Shown here piece after piece: positions 54,136 through 64,000 of a stretch of 64,000 nt of DNA (positions within the stretch are counted from its first letter, which is position 1; each line of letters starts with the position of its first letter). The position numbers and the translations under genes were made by a program. The notes beneath the pieces were generated by a model. That model made no database searches. It was not told the DNA's origin and saw nothing but the letters and a program-made list of their open reading frames with translations. This DNA comes from Amoebidium appalachense (Eukaryota > Protista > Ichthyosporea): NCBI GenBank assembly GCA_963693365.1, contig CAVNZM010000001.1:3116907-3180906 (forward strand), in the 5' to 3' direction.

Positions 54136-54542
54136 AAGCAAAAAGATCATGAGGTGCTTGATGAAACGCAGGTATTTTGCAGCCCAATTGAATGATGCAG
54201 AATGAAGCACAAAGAACAACACGGTACTGTGTCTGGAAAAAATTACAATGACAAAGTAACAGGGCGAGTGCAGGGTCTATCGAGTTTCTCAACACATTCT
54301 CTTAATGAACGCGATCTAACAAAGACACCCCAAATAATTGCCTAACTGGTGCAGCCTTTTTGGACTCTCGTTTATTCTTTCCTTCTTTTTCCCCCCCTGC
54401 GCTTTACTTTCCTGTCTCCATTCGGTTTCTTCGAAGAACTTCGGTTCACATCTGTTTCCTTCTCTTCCTTTCCTTCCTGTCTTTCTTTCTTTCTTCTCTC
54501 CCTTCCCCCCTCCCCCTCTTCTTGTGGTAGTTGTTGGTGTTG

Positions 54543-54606
<64 letters not shown>

Positions 54607-54629
54607 AGAGAGAGAGTTTTTTTTTTTTT

Positions 54630-54660
<31 letters not shown>

Positions 54661-55133
54661 GGGGGGGTATACCTCCAAAGTCCCCATTAACCTTGTACAC
54701 GAGTGTTTCCCCAGCCCAGTATTGGAGTGGGGCCACACGAGTGCGCCCACTCCTTCTCAACCCATCATGACCTGTAAAGATAAGCCATTCAGCAAAAAGA
54801 AAAACAAAAAAAAAGGAAGGTGGCAGCAGCAACAATAACAAAAGCATAGAAAGGGCCAACAAACATAACACGGCCAAAGGGGAAAAGAAAAGGGAAGACC
54901 TGCTTCACACGCACGAAAAACCACGCGAGGTACGTGCATGTAGATGCTGGTCACCGGTGGTAGACAAGGGGCACATAGTGCATTTCACAAACATCACAAC
55001 TACGAGCCTGGTGATTGTACATAGAGCATTTGCCGGGCTAAGGCCCGGGGGCAGCAGAGGGGAGGGGGGGTTGGGAGGCACACGAAAACACACACAACGA
55101 AGCACACACACGGAAACACGGAAAAGCATGCAT

Positions 55134-55190
<57 letters not shown>

Positions 55191-58100
55191 GGCATGTTCC
55201 TGAGGGTCGTGCTCATCCCCATCCGCCTCAGCCAACCGGGCCTTCTTCTTGGGGGGTTTTTTCGCACCCTCATCCTTTTTCTTTTGCGCCGCAGGGGGGT
55301 TCTTTCCCTTTGGACCCTGTGCTGCTACCTTCTGCCTACCCCTCTTGCCCGGTGCCGGCCCCTCTTGCTCCGAGTTTTCCCTCAAGTCACCCCCCTCGTC
55401 GCTCTCATTTCCATCCGCAAAATTCAAATGAACCCCCCTCACATCCTCTTCTCTGTCTTCAAATCCCCCCTCCTCTTCCTCTTCGTCTTTATCTTTGGCT
55501 CCTGAACCTCTGAGAGGTCTAGTGACGGGATAAGGAGCTTTGAAAGCGGTTGATTGGTGGGGTGGCCGCCCACTCCTCCCTCCGCTTGAAAGGGCCGGCG
55601 AATTTTCAATGCGGGTGATAGATGGGGTGGATGTCTGACGCTGGGCGGATCGAGGGGCCTCTGTGGTGGGAGGGAATCATAGTAGTGTGAGCAAAGTGGT
55701 GGGGTTTTTTAAACGAAAATGCGTGTAAACAGATGGACACACACGAATGCACGAACTCGTATCTCATCTGTGCTTGTGTGCTTATGCGTGTGTGCGTGTG
55801 TGCGTGTGTGTGTGCCCCTCACCACCCTCTCCTCCCCAATCCACCCCGAAGTGTTAGGTTTCCCTGTCCCACATATTTCCCTCTCCTCCACTACCAAAGC
55901 TCTATTCCAAGCCTGCTCCTTAAATGCATGTACATTCTGATCAGGGTGAGAGAGAGAGAGAGATTTCCATTGGAAATCAGAATACAATAGCATACATCGA
56001 AACCAGACAGTTGGAAGCATGCAGCATTTGATATAGAAAACAAATAGGGTGAAAGTGCTGCCGAGACACAGGGGGCTTTGGGCAACATGACACGCTGCGT
56101 AATCTCCCCCAAATTTGGCCATGGAAAAAAACAACACAACAACCTCGCACGTGCACACAAACACACATACAACCACACCCACTAGCCCCCAACATCCGCA
56201 CACACATACCCTCTCTTACAACGCACATGCACACACAATCGTCCCCCCCCCCCTCCCCCTCCCCAACATAAACTACACCCCCTAACCCCCCCCCCCCCCC
56301 CCCCCCCCCCAAACACACACACAAACCACCCCCTCCCCTCCCCCCCCCACACACACCTTGAATCACTTCCTCCTGCTCCTCCTCCTCCTCCTCACTGCTG
56401 ACCCTCTGAGCGCGTCCACGTCTCCCCCTCCCTCCCCTCCCCTTCTCAGGTGTCGTTGCTTTACCGCTCACATCAAACCGTTTCAGCTTTTCCGACGTGA
56501 CTTCAGCCGCCCTATCATCCCCACTTCCTTCATTTTCCTTCTCAGAATCGCTCACACCATCGCGAGAACCCACTCCTTTACCCGAACGCTTCGAAGGAGG
56601 AGCCGTCTTCTGTTTGCCCGAGTCTTTCCCTTTACCACCCTTCTCCCCCGTTGTTTTCCTTGGTGATTTCACGCTTTTCCCTGACGACTTAGCGTTCGTT
56701 TCCCTTTCCGGTTCATCCACTTCTTCCTGGGGCTCTGCAAAAACGACATTCCCCTCCGTTTCCTCCTCCTCCTCTCCCTCCTGTGTGCTCACATACTTCA
56801 CGGGTCGCTTACCCCTAGTTCTCCTTCCGCCTCTCTCCTTTTCCTCTTCCCTCGGCTGCTCAACCTCTTCCCTTTCTTCCTCTTCCTCTTCGTTCTTCTT
56901 CGTTCCCCTTCTACCTCTCCTCCCTCTCCCTTTCTTCTCTTCTTCTTCCTCCACCACAACCACGGTATTTTCCTTTTTCTTTTTCCCACTCGTTTTCCTC
57001 TCTTCTACGATTACCATCGTCGAATCTGCCTCATCTTCCTTCTCCTCTTCTTCCCTTCGTTCTTCAGTTTCGTTTTCCGCATCCCTACTCGCCACCCCCC
57101 CTTTCTTTGCCACGGCTTTCGTTTTTCCTTTCACCTGTTTCCCCGCCGCCTTACCCGATCCACCACTCTTCTCTTTCCTTTTCTCCACCACTACCTCTCT
57201 CTCTTCTTCCTCGTCTTCCTCCCTCATACTCGCCTCCCTCTCTGCACGTTTATCACTCTCGTCTACATCCGACGTTTCTTTTTCGTTTTCGTTACGCACC
57301 GGAGTTAACGTCTTGTTTCTTTTCGGCGTAATTTTTCTCCTTACTTTCCTCGTCTGTTCACTCGTGTTTTTCGTTGCTGAACTCGGAGCAGACACTGTTG
57401 TTTGCTCTGTTTGCTCCTCAACTCTACTTCTCTCTTCTTCTTCCTCTTCTACCTCCCCCCCGTTTCCTTTCTTCTCTATCTCTTCGCTGGTACGTGCCTT
57501 TCCCCCCGTCGACCTTCGTCCCTTCTCCTCTCCCGTCTTCCTCTTTCCCCTCTCCTCCTCCTTATCTCCCTCCGGTGCTTCTTCTTCTCCTTCTCCTTCC
57601 TCTTCCTCCTCACCCCGCCTCTTCTTCCTTCCACTTTTCTTGCCACTCTCCTTTTCTACTTCCCTTTCTTCCTCCTCCTCTTCTTCACCCCTCTTCTTCT
57701 TCCTTCCCCTCACCTCCTTCTTGCCACTCTCCTTTTCTACTTCCCTCTCCTCCTCCTCCTCCTCCTCCTGTTTCTTCTTCCTTCCCCTCACCTCCTTCTT
57801 ACCACTCTCCCGTTTCTCTTCCTCCTCCTCCTCTCCCTCTCCCTCTTCCCCAACCTCCTCCTCACCCCGTTTCTTCTTCTTTCCACTCTCCCTCTCCTCC
57901 CTCTCCCCATCTTCCTCATCCCCCCCCTTTCCTTTTCTTCCCAATCTTCATTTCACTTTCTTTTTCACCCTCTCCCTCTTCCTCATCGCTCACTTTCACG
58001 TTCTCCCACAATCTCGATCGTCTTCTCATTGCCATCGATCTACGGCCCCTCTTGACCACCGCATTCTGCTCCCACTCCTCGTCTTCCTTTTCGAGCCGCA

Positions 58101-58264
58101 TTGCCCATTCACGGGCCGGGTCGGCCCGTATCGTATTCGGCTGCTCGACGGCTTGGCTCTCGATCTCGCCTGCATAGGGTGGCAACACGAGATGTGAATT
58201 GAAATGAGAAATATCCCCCCCCCCCCGCAAGAAAAAAAAAAAGAAAAGAAAGAAAGAAAAAAAG

Positions 58265-58302
<38 letters not shown>

Positions 58303-58951
58303 AAAAAGGCGTTCTAATAATTCACTTCACTTTCGTTCTCACTCTTTCTCTCCCATGCCAGGCTTCTTTTCGTCCTTACAATCTCTAAATATCTTAATCA
58401 CACCATGAACATAATCACTATTAACAACAATATTGCTATTATTCTTATTTCTGCTATTCCATTTATAGTATCATATCAACGATTACTACTCATATTACAC
58501 CCTTTAACTATTTATAAGGATTCACACCTTCACCGCTCTGCTGTGTTTCAACCTCTGCCCCCGCCTCCTCGGCCACACCCACACCCCTCACAGTGACCTC
58601 ATAGTGCAGCACGTCAGCCTCATTGATCACCCCATCCGATTCGGGTCGCTCCTGCTCCACGAGCCGGCCCGAACCGGTCTGCCTCCCGCTTCCGCGTGGA
58701 CCCAACGGCGTCTGTTTAGCGCTGCCACGACCGCTATTGGTCGCTTTGGCACCACCCAGAGTGCTCTTTGCACTGTTGTTGCGTGGTGTTTGTGTTTGCA
58801 ATTGATCGATTGCAGGGCCAGAGTGTGTGCTGCCGACATCTGGAGCCACAAAGCTCTCATTCTCACCGACCTCAAAGTGTGTCCATTCTCGCTCCATCTC
58901 CCGTTGCGTCATGGGAGACCGGAACGCCCCGTCCTCGCGGTCGTTGGAGAC

Positions 58952-58999
<48 letters not shown>

Positions 59000-59305
59000 G
59001 TTGTAGTAGTTAGTGGTGGTGGTAGCGGTGGGAAGGGGGAAGGGGGGGGGGGGGGGGGGGGGGGGGGGAGGTAGGAAAGAAGGAGCAACCACATATCAGT
59101 AAGAAACAAGGCAATAACCACAACAGATGCACGAGTGTACGGGCCGAAATCGGGAATGTGAATGAAGGCACACAAAAGCCTAACTTGTCCCCACGTATGC
59201 CATTGGGTCTTTACACAGGGATAGTGTGGCGGTGCTTGAGTGTTGCCGAAAGGAGCAGGTAAGAGGGTTCTGTACATTATGAAGTGATAAGAGTACACAA
59301 TTCCG

Positions 59306-59344
<39 letters not shown>

Positions 59345-59363
59345 TTCAAATGCACACAACAAC

Positions 59364-59402
<39 letters not shown>

Positions 59403-60439
59403 AGAAAACGAAACGAGAGAGAAGAAAGAAAGACACAAAACAAAAACCAAAACACAAAAAAGCCACCCACATTGTGCTCTTCCTATTCTGCCGTCTTCGG
59501 TTCACCGTGCCAGGTGGGGGCTTCTTTGCCGACGAGTGCTCCGGTATTCTGGGCACCTTCGATTTGACCAACTGCAGCCCACGGGGAGGGCTACCCTCAA
59601 CACTCCCCCCCTGCACACTTTCACCCTCCTCTCCATCTCCCTCCCCGACCTCTACCCCTACCCCTATTCCCTGGGTTTGACCCCTTGTTGCTTTAGTGAT
59701 GCTTGCGGCCATCTGCACAAAGGCCATCTCTGCTTCCTCCTCTGGGGATTTGGGGCCCGATCCCTGCGCCTGTGTGTGTGGAGGAAGGGTAAAGTTTGTT
59801 AGTGGGGGACCTAGAAGTGTGTGTGCATGTGCATGTGTGTGTGTGTGTGCATGTGTGTGTGTGTGTGTGTGTGTGTGCGTGCGTGTGTGCATGCACGTGC
59901 GAGAGTGTGTGGGCTTGTGTTTATATGGATAGACCCTTCCCCTATCCCCCCCCTCGTGTTGCGTGCAGCGCAAGAAGTGGCTGTGAGTGTTGTGTGTGTG
60001 TGCGCGCGCGTGTGTGTGGGGGTTTGCATGCGTCATAAAGTACGAAATAAACAAGAACAACGGATAACACGATGCAGAATGCAAACCATACATAAAGAGT
60101 ATGCATAAGGAGCAGAGCCCATCCTCAGGGGGGGGGGCCTCGTCATCCACAGTATCCGAGTTTCGACCCATTCACCTCGTTAACGAAACCCGACTCAGAT
60201 ACTGCTTCACTTGAACATGGGTGGGTCACCCGTCTTGATCAGAGACGAGCAGGGTTACTTATGCAGGCAAGGGCAGTGGGAAAGGCCGGGGGTTAAAGTT
60301 GCAGCGGTCAGCAGAAGCAAGAAAAATGGGGTGGGGTGGGGGGGGGGGGGGGGGAGATTGAACGACCATTTGCTGGTTATTTTTGTTGAGCATTATGCAA
60401 TCTGTTTACATAACTCGGGTGTCCATGCCCTCGGGACAT

Positions 60440-60503
<64 letters not shown>

Positions 60504-60770
60504 ACAGTAATGCAAAATACTGGGACGGGCATGAACAAAAAACACAGTAACAAAAACTGTGCGGCGGTTGATGAAACTTAAACATTATAAAACACAAGCA
60601 TGCAACACACTACCACACACAAACAGCTCTCCAGCCACCCCCCCCCCCCCCCCCCCCCCCCCCAAAAAAAGGTTGATAGACAACCACATGCTAACACACA
60701 TTACCCTCCACAACCAACGCTCCCCCCTCCCCTCCCCCCCCCCCCCCCCCCCCGCCCTTCCCCTCTCCCC

Positions 60771-60805
<35 letters not shown>

Positions 60806-61721
60806 CCCCCCCCCCTTTCTTACGCTCTTTCAACAACTCCCTCCTCACCTGTGACTCAGCCTGTGAAGATCCCACCAGCGACATATCAGCAGTGAAAATA
60901 CTCAAATCACCTCCCGCACCTGGCGCCTCCTCTCCCACCGGCACGAAAACACGTGCGGAATTAACGTTGAAATGCGAAACGGTAGGAATAGTTTGGGGAG
61001 TAGGATCCGGGCTGCGCCTGAGAGAGGCCGGTGTCTCCATTAGAGAAAGCTCATCGTTTTCATCCTCCGATTCGGGTTGAGATTCGGGTTCAGTTTCCGG
61101 TTCCGAGTCGCTCGGCCCGAGTATGAACGTCTGGTTCATCATCGACTCCTGCTGCCTTCTAGCGTGTTCCCTCTTCCTCTCCTTTTCCAACCGCCTCTCT
61201 CTTTCACCCTCCGACTCGCTCGATGAATCATCTAAGTTCATCATCGTGGGGTTGAACAGTGCCCCATGACCCTGACTGCCTCCCCGGTGTGGCGCTGTGA
61301 AAAGAAAATCCGCATGAACCCTTATTAGCAAAATGTAAAATCCTCCCCCCCCCCCCCCCCCCTTTCCCCACCCCGATCCTCCCTCCTTTAAATGTACCAT
61401 CAAAACTCCCTCACCCGCTTACACCATCATTTTGCAGACCCCACCACCCGCTCCCTCCGCTTCCCCATCGAGGTTAAAGTCAATAAGGGTGCTATGTATG
61501 CGTAGCAAATGACCACCACACATAGCACCAGGACAAGTTCATTGATAGCAGTGTTTAGCAGCGCACGCCCCTCCCCCCCTCCCCAGTAAACACACCCACA
61601 AACGTTACCTAACCACTGCCGTGAGACAGTGCTACACCAGTGTTAACCTTTTTAAGAATGTGGCATCATACAATGTAACATCCTCCCCCCCACAACCACT
61701 CCACTTCACGTCCCTCCTCCA

Positions 61722-61765
<44 letters not shown>

Positions 61766-62611
61766 ACACTCACACATCTTATTTTCCTCCCGAAACCACC
61801 ATGCCAGCAATTTTTTTAAAAAAAAGAAAGAAAGAAAAAAAGAAAAAAAAAAATCTGGGAAAGGAATAAACGGATAGGCGGGCGGGCGGGCAGGGGGGAG
61901 GGGGGGGATATTCGGAAGGGCCCAGTTACCTTTTTGCATCAGTAACTGCAGCTGGCCGAGACCCAGCCGGGCCAGGGCACTTGAGACACCATCTCCCTCA
62001 CTGCATGGGTAATAACAAACTCAGTGAGCAAGGCTACAACGTGTCTGCAAAAACATGAAGGGTGACTTGCCCACTAGCAGACGAGGCAGATTCGTGTGGC
62101 AGGAATGGACTATATTTTACGGTTTCACAGAGAGAAAATCAAAATGATGGACAGAGTTGGTGGTAGGGTGTACACGTTTTGCGTTTATTGTAGACCTGCT
62201 CAAAAATATTTCTGTGCTCATGTATGTGTGCCTGTGCTAACATGTAGACGTGTGTGTGTGTGTGTGTCTGTCTGTCTGTGTGTGTGTGTGTATGTACGCG
62301 CGCGCGAGCAGGCGCAACGTGTGTACGCGGGTAGATGGGCATGGGGACCGAGGCAAAACGGAAACAGTTGTTCTCTGCGCGTGAAAAACAGTTGTTGAAA
62401 CCCAATCTTCCCTACATGGGGGGAGACACTATTCCACCAGCCGACACTTCAGAAAAAGAAAACTGTCGGCATAGACCACCACAATCACACCCTTTTTGCA
62501 GACTCAACCCTCCCCCTCCCCCTTTCCACCCCCCCCCCCCCCCCCCCCCCCCCCTTCACAAAAGAAAAAAAAAACAACAACAAAAAGAACAACAATCAAC
62601 AGCCCCAACAG

Positions 62612-62644
<33 letters not shown>

Positions 62645-63016
62645 TTCCCAACAAAAAAAACAAAAAAAAAACATAAATGCACACATCCGCCAAAAAGCCC
62701 TCCTGCTCTTGGCGACACTACGCATGTTGCCGGGTATGGGAAAGTGGGGAATGTTATGATGCAATGAAATGGTGGGTCAAGTTTTCGTAAACACATCATG
62801 ATCTTTTTACTCGTGTGCAAATTTCTTTTCCTGCTTGCGGGCAATTAGCACTGGTTTCAGGTAAACTTGGCAAAGAAAACACTAAACACCAACCTTGCTT
62901 GAAGCATGGTTGCGCTCGGCCCCACAAGAGCTGGCAAGCTCCCACCGGCTTTGCTTTTACACTTATGCTGTCTGTCGAGCTACCACCTGACCGTGTGACG
63001 AGAAAACAGACGGCAT
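50505..63016 (-). CDS. CENPC: Centromere protein C (CENP-C/Mif2), ~1430 aa
   Basis: Exons, first three tentative: 63016-62992, 62717-62685, 62446-62416; then 62000-61930, 61294-60849, 59769-59471, 58952-58528, 58169-56357, 55660-55190, 54771-54673, 53750-53659, 53028-52863, 52197-52049, 51466-51373, 50575-50505 (TGA). CENP-C motif [23 protein letters not shown], followed by a C-terminal cupin ([46 protein letters not shown]). The model needs G8->G7 at 57920-57927 and has an ACG acceptor at 52200-52198. Confidence 0.88.
60023..60327 (-). mobile_element. Solo copy B of the Penelope-like repeat (CENP-C intron)
   Basis: Colinear with A1/A2 over about 305 bp with scattered substitutions. The 3' end abuts a short C-run plus (AC)n and the 5' end abuts a G-rich run. 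Confidence 0.9.
60115..60227 (-). ncRNA. Candidate permuted hammerhead-like ribozyme (copy B, GUC triplet)
   Basis: GACCCA ... UAUCUGAGU-C/GGG (cut 60192/60191) ... UGGGUC-GAAA-CUCGGAUA ... CCC-CUGAGGA-U. Confidence 0.62.
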
Positions 63017-63649
63017 TGAGCGACCACTAGGCGCTAGGAGACTTCTGAAGGCTTGAAGTTCCGAGTAGATTCAAGAAAGCGTTCAGGAATAACCAAGAAC
63101 ACACGGCAACGGTGATCCCAAGCTCATTCAAACTTCTGAAACACTTGTTATAAAGGGCGGGGCAAAAAAAAAGGATCCGACACCTTCAGCTAATAAAAAT
63201 CTAGTGATCCCTCATTGCACCACTTCGAACCACTAACAAAACTCTTCGACCAAAACCTGAGTTCGTTTTCAAGTTCCCAGCCACCCAAAAACTTCGGTAC
63301 TAGTCACGCCCATGTAAGTAGTTTTTCCTGCGATCGGAGGTGACAACTCGCACAGAGTTCGAAAACTTTGAGTTTCGCACAGACTTTCTCTCATAGAGCT
63401 GAGCAAAGTTCACTTGCAATTGCAGCCAGTAACGGTCAAATCAGTGGGCCAAGAAATCTGAAATCTGGCGCCTAAATGGTAACTATTTTTAGGTTCACAT
63501 TGAAACAAATATTATTTCCTTCGTCACACAAAACCCAACGTAAAACCAGAAAAATTTAGCTTAAAACATTCTTTATAGCGATTAAATGTATATATTAGTA
63601 CTTTTCTTTTTTAATGGTTGTGTCTTTATGGTAGAATCTGTTTCAAGGC

Positions 63650-63790
63650 AGTGACGTCACTCTCTAAATTTAGATCAGGGCCAGGCTTATGGTGCTTGCG
63701 TCATCACGGCAGGTGACACCGTACTGATGTCGTTTCACATTTCAAATATCGCGCGTTTTGACCAATCCGTGATATTTCACCAATCAAAGC
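63650..63790 (-). promoter_or_regulatory. Putative CENP-C/bidirectional promoter: CCAAT pair, CDE/CHR-like element, CRE
   Basis: CCAAT at 63762 and 63780. Minus-strand CGCGC-GATA-TTTGAA at 63755-63741. TGACGTCA at about 63652. Confidence 0.4.
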
Positions 63791-63849
63791 ACGATTTGAC
63801 CGAAAATCCGAATTTGCACGAGTAGAAAATCGACACGAAATCACCTGGC

Positions 63850-63964
63850 ACCGACCATTTTGGACACACACACAGAACACACGGAGGTTGAGGACACGTT
63901 TTTTCTAACAGTTTTTCCTCTACAGAGTGAAAGTTTATAGGGTGAAAAGAAAGAAACCGGACAG
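63850..63964 (+). other. Possible first (5'UTR) exon of a divergently transcribed gene running off the window
   Basis: Strong donor CAG/GTAAGA at 63964/63965 just downstream of the CCAAT cluster. There is no coding evidence. Confidence 0.25.
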
Positions 63965-64000
63965 GTAAGAGGCGTGTATTGATATGGTTTTTGTCTGGTC

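Noticed and set aside
56497-58197. 566-aa S/F/P-rich plus-strand ORF
   Set aside because: It is the antisense of the purine-rich CENP-C exon.

Overview
Eukaryotic genomic DNA, not prokaryotic. Spliceosomal GT-AG introns are packed with poly(G)/poly(C), (CA)n/(GT)n and (GA)n tracts, so almost all of the supplied six-frame ORFs are microsatellite artefacts. Manual splicing gives seven protein-coding genes: (1) a 14-exon CAP-Gly/SxIP/coiled-coil microtubule plus-end protein, 3020-15819 +; (2) a Sho1-like four-TM protein with no SH3 domain, 17448-25576 -; (3) a carnosine-synthase-like ATP-grasp ligase, 26620-31584 +; (4) a small Phactr/Bni4-type PP1 regulator, 35882-36442 -; (5) a secreted protein with five 6-Cys modules, 39978-40868 -; (6) an ML/NPC2-family lipid-binding protein, 44889-48442 +; (7) CENP-C/Mif2, 50505 to about 63016 -. 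Mobile DNA comprises a pogo/Tigger-type MITE and a family of poly(C)-targeted Penelope-like retroelement pieces (four clear copies, one diverged tail, one RT-thumb fragment). The most striking observation is in that family. All four clear copies carry every catalytic hammerhead-ribozyme nucleotide, with compensatory base changes in stems I, II and III. The strands, however, are in a non-cyclic, pseudoknotted order that no standard type I/II/III hammerhead has. The host is probably a unicellular eukaryote, possibly an opisthokont (inference only). All family assignments come from motif recognition by eye, with no database searches.
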